This document shows positions 27,179-36,313 of a stretch of DNA of 64,000 bases, in pieces. Within the stretch, counting starts at the first letter, position 1; each line of letters starts with the position of its first letter. A model generated the notes under the pieces. That model saw only the letters and a list, made by a program, of their open reading frames with translations. It did not search any database and was not told where the DNA came from. Position numbers and translations under genes: made by a program. Origin of the DNA: a virus; the IMG/VR virus record IMGVR_UViG_3300022539_000610, positions 1 through 64,000 of that record. One strand, written 5' to 3'.

Positions 27179-29914
27179 CTACCTCCTTCCTTTGTCTAAT
27201 AGTTTCTTTGCTCCCTTCTGAATCCTGATTGCCATTGTTGGCTGGAAAAGTTTTGTAAGTTTCTTTTTGCTCTCAGGATCAGCTACATCTGCAACTGACT
27301 TAACCCCTGCATCCCAAAGCTTCCGAGCTCTCTTTCCTCCAATGCCAGGGATGGATACAAGTTCCATCATGTGCTCTGGTATCCCATAAGCAATCCTGAT
27401 GGGGATAACTTTAAACAGGTCTTTCCTTCCCCACTTTGCATAATTATAGTCAATAAGGTTGATGGCTTCGGTGATTCGTTCAATATCGAACTTCAATCCC
27501 CTCATTCCGGCCTTAACTGATGGTGCAGTATTTTCTCCTTCACCTCTCAAACACTCATAGGCAGCAAGGGTAGAGACCACGGCATTTGATGACAATAGCC
27601 CCTTATTCTTAAGGTGCCATTGGAGTTCCTGGCATTCCTTTTGTACATCTTTTGGAATATAACCCATGTCATTTGTTGGGATATCTGTCAAAGCCCATGC
27701 AAGTGCTAAGTCATCTTGTTCCAGTTTACCTTTAAACATTTGATTGTGATTGTTATACCAGGCATAGACGTCCCAAGGGCTGAAGTACAACCAACTCCCC
27801 ACTTTTCCTAAGCCAGTCAAGGTATAGATTCCACCCTTGTTAACAACCATCTCCATCCGCTCAAGATCGTCTAAAAGGCCCTGGGCATCCATAAGGTCCA
27901 ACTCATTATTTTGAACCTTTGCAAGACTACGTGAGTACCATGTAAGAAGAGACCTAGCATCTTTAATCACCCCATTATCAATCTCTGCCAAGACATGAAA
28001 TGCAAGGGTATGATGGTTATTGATCACTGAGGTGACTGAGCGTGGGTTCTTAATTCTTTCTTGCCAAATAGGTGTTGAGTTCTCAGGAATGACTAAATAT
28101 ACATCTCCGTGATCATCATAGCCGATTCTTCCAGCACGCCCCAGTTCTTGTACAATATCGAGTTCATCTACTTCATTAATACCCCTGTGGACTCCAACAA
28201 TAATAACATTCCTGGCTGGGAGGTTTCGACCATAAGCAGTGGTGCTGGTGGAGACCATAATCCTCAGGCCAGTCTCTCTGTTCATGAAGGAGTCTTCAAT
28301 CTCTTTTCGTTCTCTGAAGTCAAGGTCTGCATTGTGGAAATGAGCTTCCTGACCTGCGTTTTCAAACCTTTTGAGGAGGTCACGCCCAGTCCCTTTGTCA
28401 TGTACAAAGATGAGGAACTTCTCCTCCGGCTTGGACATAGCAATATCAACAGTCATAGAACGTTTTCGTTCCTGAGAAGCCCAATAGTCCTCCCTGCCCC
28501 AGGAGTTTCGAGTAGTAGGATACTCCATGTAGTGAATGTCTAACTTTACAGGTCTCCAGTGAGAGTTTATCACATCTGTTTTCTTTTTGTTTAATAAGGT
28601 GAGCCATCGTTGAAATTCCCCAACATTAGGCATTGTAGCGGAGAGGCACACAATCCTTGCTTTATCGTTGAGGGAGGAAAATCTCATTAAAGCACATTCT
28701 ATAATATCCCCACGTGAATCCAACGTTACGCAATGGGACTCGTCAACAATAACAAGCCCTACCCTTCCTAACCAATAGTATTTCTCAGTCAACATCTTTC
28801 TTGTAACTGAATCTAACAACTCCGATGTCATTATCACCACATCAGCAGTATTAGCCTCTCCCATCTGCCTGTCCCTCTCACGCTTGCTTGTGAGGGTATC
28901 ACCAGTGAGCATCAGAACTTTCTTATCAGAGAAAACCCCCTCTGTCCAGTCCATGAAGCGCTCAGTTGACAGGCTCTTAAGTGGTGACATGTATATAATT
29001 TTCTTACCCTCTTTTAAAATCTCAAACATGATAAGCTCAGCAGCAATAGTCTTCCCACTGGATGTGTTGGCTCCGACTACAACATTGGAGTCTTCAGCTC
29101 TGAAAGGAAACACAGCACTCTGAACCTTATTGAAATGAGAGAACTTATAAGGGTAATCGTTTGTTGAAATTAACTCCTCTGCTCCCTCCAGTACCAACCC
29201 CAAATTGCGTTCTGTCTGCGTCTCTCCAGACGGTTCCTCTGTTTGATCATTCGTTTCTGCAGTTTCTTCATTGGATGTTGTTCTTGGTCTTTCTTCATTT
29301 TTTCTATTTTTTTCATTCCTTTCCTCCTCTCTTTCTCCCCATGTAAGATAGTGGTCTTGAAGGTCTGGTAATTGCTTTTTTACCATCGCCTCAAAAGTTG
29401 CCCTGCCTTTAGGATTCATCTCTCCTAGTACATAGGCTAATTGCTTATCACTTAGGCTATCTCTCCGGCTGAGGTTATCCAGGAGAGACTGAGCAAATTC
29501 AGACCAGGAACAATTCTCAAGGATAAATCTTACATAGTTAAAATCTATAATCTCTTGAACTTTAGCAGATACAAGAAACTCTTCAATCCGCTCCTTAACC
29601 CGATCCTCGATGGTAGTAGCTTCCTCTACTCGGAGAATCTTTTTGCCTTTTCCTAGGGGTCTGTTATTTTTACTATCCCAGAAAACTACCCTGATCGCAT
29701 CTTTTCCTTTAGCTCGGGTTTTATTATAAAGGCTATCCACTGTGCTGTAAATGCGTACTCCTACTCCTTCCTTTTTTGTAGCAATCTGATAGATGATTTC
29801 AGTCCCATAAGTGTTCGCAATCTGCTCAAACTCCTCTGGGAGAATATCTTCAAATTGGTCTTTTGTTAAAGTTACAAATGACACTTTCTGCCTCCTTCCT
29901 TCCTTTTCTCTCAT
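27179..29914 (-). CDS. Ski2/Hel308-like DExH helicase with N-terminal extension and C-terminal HhH
   Basis: ANTSSGKT, SPLKSL, VDESH, LSATMPN, WRPVKL, STST..YGRNLPA, QELGRAGR.G.D, LVSIPGIGGKRARKL. Confidence 0.9.
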   Translation of the reverse strand: MREKEGRRQKVSFVTLTKDQFEDILPEEFEQIANTYGTEIIYQIATKKEGVGVRIYSTVDSLYNKTRAKGKDAIRVVFWDSKNNRPLGKGKKILRVEEATTIEDRVKERIEEFLVSAKVQEIIDFNYVRFILENCSWSEFAQSLLDNLSRRDSLSDKQLAYVLGEMNPKGRATFEAMVKKQLPDLQDHYLTWGEREEERNEKNRKNEERPRTTSNEETAETNDQTEEPSGETQTERNLGLVLEGAEELISTNDYPYKFSHFNKVQSAVFPFRAEDSNVVVGANTSSGKTIAAELIMFEILKEGKKIIYMSPLKSLSTERFMDWTEGVFSDKKVLMLTGDTLTSKRERDRQMGEANTADVVIMTSELLDSVTRKMLTEKYYWLGRVGLVIVDESHCVTLDSRGDIIECALMRFSSLNDKARIVCLSATMPNVGEFQRWLTLLNKKKTDVINSHWRPVKLDIHYMEYPTTRNSWGREDYWASQERKRSMTVDIAMSKPEEKFLIFVHDKGTGRDLLKRFENAGQEAHFHNADLDFRERKEIEDSFMNRETGLRIMVSTSTTAYGRNLPARNVIIVGVHRGINEVDELDIVQELGRAGRIGYDDHGDVYLVIPENSTPIWQERIKNPRSVTSVINNHHTLAFHVLAEIDNGVIKDARSLLTWYSRSLAKVQNNELDLMDAQGLLDDLERMEMVVNKGGIYTLTGLGKVGSWLYFSPWDVYAWYNNHNQMFKGKLEQDDLALAWALTDIPTNDMGYIPKDVQKECQELQWHLKNKGLLSSNAVVSTLAAYECLRGEGENTAPSVKAGMRGLKFDIERITEAINLIDYNYAKWGRKDLFKVIPIRIAYGIPEHMMELVSIPGIGGKRARKLWDAGVKSVADVADPESKKKLTKLFQPTMAIRIQKGAKKLLDKGRR

Positions 29915-30194
29915 TGAGCTGAATAATAAAGGAAAACATATTTTTACTTCTCAATATTTTCCATAACTTCATTCTTAGTAAAAAGGAAATCATATCAATA
30001 TCTGCTCCTGTACCAGTGTTAGCGCATTCTGCTTGCCAACAAATCCAGTTATAAAACATAATCGCTTCCTCCTTCCTCTACTCTTGATGAGCCATACTAA
30101 TTACCTTCCCTTTAGCTTTTGCTACCTTTGCCAATTGTTTGAACTTCTTCTCCAGCTTTGTATAGGATTTTGGTAGAATCTTTATAACGTCTAG

Positions 30195-30539
30195 TTAAGC
30201 AGGCGGCGGATCATCCATGTTAAGATCACATTGTGGACAAATACCTGTTTCAATTGTATTACCACAAGAAGCACAATCATCCGCCGCTCTGCTTCGACGA
30301 CTTGTTAGGTGACGCTTGTTCCATTCATTTATATGAAACATGACTGGCCCCCTAAGAGAACATTTGTAATTTGAACACCATACAAAATTGGCTACATTTA
30401 TGTGGGGTTTTGCACCACAAAACGGACATTCTTTCAATTCCATAAGGCACCTAACATCAGCATACTCTATATAAGTTATGCCTCCCACCTTTCTTTTGCT
30501 TTCAGAAACTCTTTTTATTTCAATCACTCTTTCTTCCAT
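30195..30539 (-). CDS. Lar-like (restriction alleviation) Zn-finger protein
   Basis: LKECPFCG...C..C....EWNKR plus a second Zn ribbon. Confidence 0.55.
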   Translation of the reverse strand: MEERVIEIKRVSESKRKVGGITYIEYADVRCLMELKECPFCGAKPHINVANFVWCSNYKCSLRGPVMFHINEWNKRHLTSRRSRAADDCASCGNTIETGICPQCDLNMDDPPPA

Positions 30540-30834
30540 TTGTACTTTTACCTCCTTTCCTCATATGCTTTGTTATATGCTTCATTTTTCTTGAAAAAAG
30601 TTTTCCAAATGCTATACAAATATCTTGACAAAAAAGTCTTATCCTAACTATTAGAGTTCTATTCTTCCCCAGGAATGAACATATTGGACAGTCCTCTCCC
30701 AGACAGGATATGTAAGAACTACTACCTTCAACTTTTATAGCAGCAAGATTGTGAGGAAAATGAATATGTCTTTCTTTAGGTTCCAAAAACCTGATCGTAT
30801 ATGATTTTGAATTATCAAATTTAAACATTTCCAT
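30520..30834 (-). CDS. hypothetical protein resembling a short gp32-type ssDNA-binding fragment
   Basis: TIRFL..., H, YISCLGEDCPIC; weak call. Confidence 0.45.
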   Translation of the reverse strand: MEMFKFDNSKSYTIRFLEPKERHIHFPHNLAAIKVEGSSSYISCLGEDCPICSFLGKNRTLIVRIRLFCQDICIAFGKLFSRKMKHITKHMRKGGKSTNGRKSD

Positions 30835-30852
30835 TCTTTTTCTCCTTCCAAG

Positions 30853-31221
30853 TTATGTATTTTTTATCTTCTCAAATAAGTCATAAAAACAACTCATCAA
30901 CTCCTTTTCCTTCATATCATTGATAGCTTCACCTTCTGTCGGATACTTTTTGAGGTAATAACTCTTTACTGCACCAATCGCCTTCTCCTTTGTCCAGTAT
31001 TCAACCAACCAGCCATCCAGGGAAATATTTCGTTCAATAAACCCTTCAGCACCATAGCTGTCAGGGTCCACAGCAACATAAAAAATCCCATGCTCAAATT
31101 CACCCTGCCATTCCTCATGACCTAATAAGGGACGAGGGGCATTGAAGATAAACCAGTTCTCTGGGATTGGATGAGGCCTCTCACCTATGATTGGTATCTT
31201 TTTGACGTCTTCTAATTTCAT
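30853..31221 (-). CDS. hypothetical protein
   Basis: ORF with RBS. Confidence 0.6.
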   Translation of the reverse strand: MKLEDVKKIPIIGERPHPIPENWFIFNAPRPLLGHEEWQGEFEHGIFYVAVDPDSYGAEGFIERNISLDGWLVEYWTKEKAIGAVKSYYLKKYPTEGEAINDMKEKELMSCFYDLFEKIKNT

Positions 31222-31239
31222 CTTTTTCTCCTTCCCTTT

Positions 31240-31470
31240 TCAAGATTCAACAGTTTTTATTATTCGATCCAAATCCTTCTCTGCCTCTGTTATCTCTTCT
31301 GGACTTGGCTCCCAACAAACTGGCTTCTTTTCGCTCCTGGAATCAAGAAGCTTTCTAAGGGCAACCTCATGAAACCTGACGTGGAATACGGCCTCCGGTT
31401 TGTCATAGCCAAACTCCACAGCCCTGTCGAAAAGTTCTTTTTGCTCTTTGTTCATCTTCTCTCCTTTCAT
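31240..31470 (-). CDS. hypothetical protein
   Basis: Coupled ORF. Confidence 0.55.
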   Translation of the reverse strand: MKGEKMNKEQKELFDRAVEFGYDKPEAVFHVRFHEVALRKLLDSRSEKKPVCWEPSPEEITEAEKDLDRIIKTVES

Positions 31471-32050
31471 TAAACAAGTATTGATCCTTTTCTAATTACT
31501 GGATTAAACGGGTTTACCTGTATCTTGCCCAACCCATTACACTTTGAGCAAGTAGCCAGTATTTTTGCTTCCTTAAATACATATCCAAAACCTCCACACG
31601 TTCGACACTTTACTCTTTTCCAAATCCCAGTGCCATTGCATACTCGACAATCTACTATTCTGCCATTACGCAGTTTAAATTTGCCGTTGTCGCAGTATTT
31701 ACACTTCAAAGTCTTTATCCCAGATGCTTTTACACCACCCATGAAAATAAATGGGTGAACTATGTAGTCTTTTGGCACTGGATCACAGTCTGGACAAGCT
31801 TCAGTGCGACTACTACCAAAATGTTTCACTTTTCCTAAACCATTGCATTCAGAGCAAGTATCCCAAATAGTAAATATGTCTTCATCCTCCTCAAAAATCT
31901 TCCTTGCTTCCTGTTCTTGTTTCTCATCAATAAAAGCAGTGATTGCTAAATTCTTAAGATGTTTGTACGCCTCAATGAGCTCCCTTGTAGTGTCTTTAGC
32001 AGTAGGGTTGTTATTATTTTTATCTGGATGATGAAGCTTAACAAGTCCAA
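31470..32050 (-). pseudogene. DnaJ-like (HPD plus CxxCxGxG zinc fingers) lacking the N-terminal part of the J domain
   Basis: LVKLHHPDK...LIEAYKHL and repeated CxxCxGxG; no helix-I sequence, and the RBS-led ATG (32125) is in another frame. Confidence 0.6.
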
Positions 32051-32143
32051 TGTCACAACAACTACAGCACATACCAAACCTAAACATACAGAAAACCCTA
32101 ATATTATTACTGCACACAACAGCATATCAACTACCTCCTTTCG

Positions 32144-32371
32144 TTACCATTTTAAACCCACTAGCTCCCCCTTCTCATTCTCTCTTTTCTTTCTAAAGCA
32201 AATAGCAGTTCTTGGAGAGAACATAGTACCCAATGAACTAGACGAGCTCTCTGCCAAGCCTTTTGAAACGAGTGATCTCAGTGTAGACAAACCCTCACGG
32301 AGTGAGTAAGCACTCTGATGTTTCTCAGTGAGTTTATCATACGCCCTTTGCTGGATTGATGATAATTTCAT
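32144..32371 (-). CDS. small winged-HTH-like protein
   Basis: SAYSLREGLSTLRSLVSKGL; strong RBS. Confidence 0.6.
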   Translation of the reverse strand: MKLSSIQQRAYDKLTEKHQSAYSLREGLSTLRSLVSKGLAESSSSSLGTMFSPRTAICFRKKRENEKGELVGLKW

Positions 32372-32443
32372 GGTGTCTTCTCCTTCCTTTCTTTTAGGTT
32401 AATTCCTCATTTAAGCCCCTCTCGAAAGGGGCTTAGTGAAGAA

Positions 32444-32743
32444 TTACAAGAATTTTAAATACCACGCAAATGTACTTCTAACCTTTCTGTCTTCACAGAG
32501 AACTCTGTATGCAGGATTACGATACGTTATATATGACCCCATATTAAGAGTAACATAAGATCGAACAACCACTCCTTTACCAGTAAATCTAAATCTAGGA
32601 TCGCGAAAGGTAACTTTGTCACCAATCCCAAACTTCCCTGGCTTTAGAAAAGAACCGTCTCCATAATCCTTATTCTCCTCTACTGCCTTTATGATCTCTA
32701 GTCTTGTCATTTCTACCGTCACTATGATCTCTCGTTCTGTCAT
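32444..32743 (-). CDS. hypothetical protein (SH3/KOW-like)
   Basis: FGIGDKVTF...GKGVVV; RBS. Confidence 0.6.
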   Translation of the reverse strand: MTEREIIVTVEMTRLEIIKAVEENKDYGDGSFLKPGKFGIGDKVTFRDPRFRFTGKGVVVRSYVTLNMGSYITYRNPAYRVLCEDRKVRSTFAWYLKFL

Positions 32744-32745
32744 TG

Positions 32746-32976
32746 TTATTTCTCCTTCCTCTTTAACGTTTTTAATGTCCTCTGTCCTTCTTTAAGGCCC
32801 AGAGTCGTGCCAGCTCCATGGTCCCTAATTATAAAATAGGCTACTCCCTCTGCAGTGCCTATATATACAACTCCTGCATTCTCACCTTCAATGTGAAAAT
32901 TAACTAAGCTACTTCGATACTTTTCAAGCAGCTTTCGTGACATGTCCTTAGGTTTAATTATTTGTCCGAGTTCCAT
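32746..32976 (-). CDS. hypothetical protein
   Basis: TATAAT plus GGAGG. Confidence 0.55.
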   Translation of the reverse strand: MELGQIIKPKDMSRKLLEKYRSSLVNFHIEGENAGVVYIGTAEGVAYFIIRDHGAGTTLGLKEGQRTLKTLKRKEK

Positions 32977-33138
32977 ATTCCCTCCATATTATAGAGTTTA
33001 TATTAACTCACACTACCTTCTATTTCTTCTTCTACTTGCCTTTGCCATTTTGCTTCTTTTACGATTCTTTGCCTTCATGTTAGCAAAATGTCTTGAGTCA
33101 TCTGAAATGATGAATTTCATTTTTTACCCCTTTTCCTT

Positions 33139-33540
33139 TTAAGAATTTCCAAGTGCCCGACCCCATCGAATAACTCCACTCCATTGCTCTTTTGGAACAG
33201 CATTGACAATCCTATCAATCAAACTGTCCAACTCAGATTTCTCCACACGATAAGAAGCAAGATAGAACTCAGCCCTTACAGGCATACAATGATGCGGAGC
33301 ATGTGGGGAGACCAAAAAAGCTACCATTCTCCACACATAAGCTGATCTTCCTCGTAACCGATCCTCCTCAGAGCTATACTTAAAATGATAATAAAGAATG
33401 CCTTCGCCATGTTTCACCTCTTCCAAATTAGGCTTCATTGGTGAGGAAGCCCTGAGATGACCTTTGACGCAAATCCTTTTTAAGATTTCTTCCTCTTCCT
33501 TAGTGGTGCCTTTGTAAGTAATTTCTGGCATTTCATTCAT
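33139..33540 (-). CDS. hypothetical protein
   Basis: GHLRAS.P, AYVWRMVAF.VSP..HHCMP, W.RALG; strong RBS. Confidence 0.7.
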   Translation of the reverse strand: MNEMPEITYKGTTKEEEEILKRICVKGHLRASSPMKPNLEEVKHGEGILYYHFKYSSEEDRLRGRSAYVWRMVAFLVSPHAPHHCMPVRAEFYLASYRVEKSELDSLIDRIVNAVPKEQWSGVIRWGRALGNS

Positions 33541-33569
33541 TTCTTTTACCTCCTTCCCTTAAGGTTACC

Positions 33570-33785
33570 CTACCAGTAAAAGCAAGGTTTGCGGTCTTTT
33601 ACGTCTACAACTTTGCCCCACTGTTCTGGGTTAGTAGCATTACAACCTGCAATAATGGTTTCATTAGTATCCTCTGGATTCTCATGCAAATTGCTGGTAA
33701 GCTCTTGACCATCATCAAAAACCATTGTAAAACTAACCCCAGTTTTCCTTTTAGCTATGTTATCCAAGTCTCCGTAAGTTATCAT
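33570..33785 (-). CDS. hypothetical protein
   Basis: Hairpin repeat plus RBS upstream. Confidence 0.65.
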   Translation of the reverse strand: MITYGDLDNIAKRKTGVSFTMVFDDGQELTSNLHENPEDTNETIIAGCNATNPEQWGKVVDVKDRKPCFYW

Positions 33786-33867
33786 CTTCTATTCTCCTTC
33801 CCTTAAAGTTAACATTAATCCCTCATTTCTGCCCTCCCCTCTTTTAACGAAAGGGCAGAATCAAGAA

Positions 33868-34035
33868 TTAACTCGCTTCAAGTTCTACTCGACATAGTTC
33901 ACCAAGCTCTTGACGGTCAGTTGAGACAAGCTCTTTCAACTCAGTAATCTCAACTTTCCGTCCATGCAAGCCTTCACTAAAGAACTTTCATATAGCCGCC
34001 ACGTCAGACAATTTTTCTTCTTTTACCTCTGCCAT
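33868..34035 (-). pseudogene. 55-codon small gene interrupted by an in-frame TGA
   Basis: RBS AGGAGGTGA; MAEVKEEKLSDVAAI*KFFSEGLHGRKVEITELKELVSTDRQELGELCRVELEAS; TGA at 33988-33990. Confidence 0.6.
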
Positions 34036-34095
34036 TATATATCACCTCCTTTCCTTCCTTTTTAAATGGTTAACCCTCTCATATCTGCCTATTCT

Positions 34096-34378
34096 CTTAG
34101 TTTTAAAGAACCTCTGGTTTCAGCTCAGGTGACTCGTTTCAGGCACGTTCGCAGGAGAAACCCACTTGCTTGGCTGATTGATTACAGCGCCCGTGGCGGC
34201 ATCCTGACCTCACAGAGCCCAATCCCGACCTAATTTCCCTACCCTTAACGAATAAGGGGCCAAAATAGCCTTGTGCGGCCTATGGCAACTTCTCAGTACT
34301 AATAGCATCCGCTGGGGTGCTCGTCCTGTTTTCCCATCACTTTCAGTTTACGTTTCCCAGAGGTCCCTTAAAACTAAG
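34096..34378 (-). ncRNA. ~283-nt multi-stem structured RNA closed by a 22-bp helix
   Basis: CUUAGUUUUAAGGGACCUCUGG/CCAGAGGUUCUUUAAAACUAAG, where both non-Watson-Crick positions are G-U on the minus strand; GC-rich, no RBS-led ORF. Confidence 0.7.
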
Positions 34379-34491
34379 TAACCCTCTCATATCTGCTCAC
34401 TTTAACCTTAGTCAAAATGAGCAGTATCAAAAGATTATCCCTGATTCTTATACGGATATCAACCACCAAGAAGTGATTGAGGTTAAAGGGT

Positions 34492-34662
34492 TTAATCACG
34501 AGCGGCCCCAGTCCAGTTATCAGAGTTGGTGAAGAAGGCATCAAGGTCACCTCCGGCAGCAAGGTTGTCGCAGATACCGTCAAAGAAAGAATTAGTGTAA
34601 TCGTTAACATCATAGGGGCCAGTTACGGCAATCAAATCACGAAAAAAGAAATAAGTTGTCAT
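34492..34662 (-). CDS. 56-aa acidic hypothetical protein (not in ORF track)
   Basis: RBS GAGGAG; MTTYFFFRDLIAVTGPYDVNDYTNSFFDGICDNLAAGGDLDAFFTNSDNWTGAARD. Confidence 0.6.
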   Translation of the reverse strand: MTTYFFFRDLIAVTGPYDVNDYTNSFFDGICDNLAAGGDLDAFFTNSDNWTGAARD

Positions 34663-34813
34663 CCTCTTTTCTCCTCATATTTAAATGGTTAATCGTCAAT
34701 CCCTCACTTCCACCCTCTCATTTGCCTTCTCTATAAAAGTCGCGAAGGTTATGTGAAAAACGTTCAACGAAAGAGCGGAATCAAGGATCGTCTTTCTCCT
34801 TCCTTGTTAATAA

Positions 34814-35110
34814 TTATGACAATAAAGATTCTAATCCCTTTGCTAAAGCGTTATCAGGATTAGTCCAGCATTCTGCTGACTCTGTTCCGTCAGGCAAAAT
34901 GTAAGAAAAATCTATGTTCTGATATCTGACTGTATCCCCTGCTCCATTTGTAGTAAGGACAAACTCTACATGCTTCCTATTGCTAATGCCCATTTTCACT
35001 GCTTCTTCTGCAATGGGCTCAACAATGCTATCCCAAATAGCTAATCTGTCTTTAAATGATATATGCTTCATACCAAAAACCCTGTCATGTTCTGTTCTTA
35101 AATCTATCAT
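34814..35110 (-). CDS. hypothetical protein
   Basis: AAGGAAGGAG RBS. Confidence 0.65.
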   Translation of the reverse strand: MIDLRTEHDRVFGMKHISFKDRLAIWDSIVEPIAEEAVKMGISNRKHVEFVLTTNGAGDTVRYQNIDFSYILPDGTESAECWTNPDNALAKGLESLLS

Positions 35111-35146
35111 CTTCTTTCTCCTTCCTTTGTTAGTGGTTAAAATTTA

Positions 35147-35338
35147 TTAGCCATCTATAACATTATCATGAGTAATAGTGGCATTGCATTTTTTACATTT
35201 TGTAGATTTAAGAATTATAAAACTCCAAGCTGCAAGATCGTTAAATTCCTCAATATGATTACAATTAGAGCATTTTACTTTAATTCTAGAATTGTTTTCC
35301 TTCCTATCCATTTTAATCTCTTTGTCTAGTTTATCCAT
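35147..35338 (-). CDS. Zn-ribbon protein
   Basis: CxxC...CxxC; repeat plus RBS upstream. Confidence 0.65.
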   Translation of the reverse strand: MDKLDKEIKMDRKENNSRIKVKCSNCNHIEEFNDLAAWSFIILKSTKCKKCNATITHDNVIDG

Positions 35339-35440
35339 AATTTCTCCTTCCCTTTAAATGGTTAACCTTCTCATATCTGCTCATTTAACTAAAAGCCAAA
35401 TGAGCAGTATCAAAAGATTACCTTCTGGTTCTATCACCTT

Positions 35441-35659
35441 CTATAGCTGAATCAAATCACTACTGTATTCATTGAAATAAGAGGTAAAATTGGCTTTCCT
35501 GGCTTTGGTAATTAATGCCTCCTTTGACTTACCACTTGCGGATCTAAACCCTGCTACGGTAGGACATTCATACCAAATCATCTGCCAAGCGCCTAATGTA
35601 TTTTTGTAAATCCTACAAATCCCATCTCCTACTACGATACCCGCGTTTATTGTTTCCAT
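35441..35659 (-). CDS. hypothetical protein
   Basis: Repeat plus RBS upstream. Confidence 0.65.
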   Translation of the reverse strand: METINAGIVVGDGICRIYKNTLGAWQMIWYECPTVAGFRSASGKSKEALITKARKANFTSYFNEYSSDLIQL

Positions 35660-35754
35660 CTTTTTTCTCCTTCCTTATTTATAGGTTAATCTACTATATA
35701 ATCCTCTCATAACCGTTTACCTTAACCTAAGCCAAAGTAAACAGTATCAAAAGA

Positions 35755-35943
35755 TTAGCTTTCTTGACTTTCCCAATTTTTCCCATTCCAAATCGCACCC
35801 CACTTATCTCCATTAGGAAATTTGATGGGAACAATAACTTCTCCCTCATCCTCATAAGGGTCATCATAGACCAAACATTCTATCCACTTCCCTGTCCGCC
35901 ATTCACGTACATCTAATTTATCGCCCTTTTTCACTTTTTTCAT
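35755..35943 (-). CDS. hypothetical protein (Tudor/SH3-like)
   Basis: VKKGDKLDVREW...W.EC; RBS. Confidence 0.65.
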   Translation of the reverse strand: MKKVKKGDKLDVREWRTGKWIECLVYDDPYEDEGEVIVPIKFPNGDKWGAIWNGKNWESQES

Positions 35944-36034
35944 CTTCTTTCTCCTTCCTTCCTTAAAGGTTAAATTAGTTATTCCTAAAACCCGTTACAT
36001 AATCCCCTCATATCTATTCTGGCCTTCTCCTTTG

Positions 36035-36313
36035 TCATGGTTTTATAATATTCTTTTTCAACATAGTATGTATTATCATTCCAGACATATTACCAAAACA
36101 ATGATCGTAAGTTGATCTGTGCTCTACTTTTAATTCTTCAGGGGTTCTTGTATCACCTCCATGGTAGTCAATAATATCACTCCAAAAGAATATATTATTC
36201 CACATTGCAGATTTTACCTTTTCCAGCCTCTTCTGAGTCATTCCATTAGCCCAAAACTGTTTATTAGCCATAAAGTGATTCCAGTATTCTTCTTTCTTCT
36301 CTTCTGTTGGCAT
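36035..36313 (-). CDS. hypothetical protein
   Basis: Repeat plus RBS upstream; first gene of the module. Confidence 0.65.
   Translation of the reverse strand: MPTEEKKEEYWNHFMANKQFWANGMTQKRLEKVKSAMWNNIFFWSDIIDYHGGDTRTPEELKVEHRSTYDHCFGNMSGMIIHTMLKKNIIKP

Noticed and set aside
33988-33990. Genome-wide TGA recoding or selenocysteine
   Set aside because: Many conserved genes end at TGA with ATGA coupling; no suppressor tRNA or adjacent SECIS-like stem seen.
34096-34378. Retron msr-msd or MITE
   Set aside because: No reverse transcriptase or transposase in the window; strand-specific G-U pairing favours an RNA helix over DNA terminal inverted repeats. Not fully excluded.
34374-34613. 79-aa minus-strand ORF from the track
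   Set aside because: No RBS and it runs through a hairpin repeat; the RBS-led 34492..34662 frame is more plausible.
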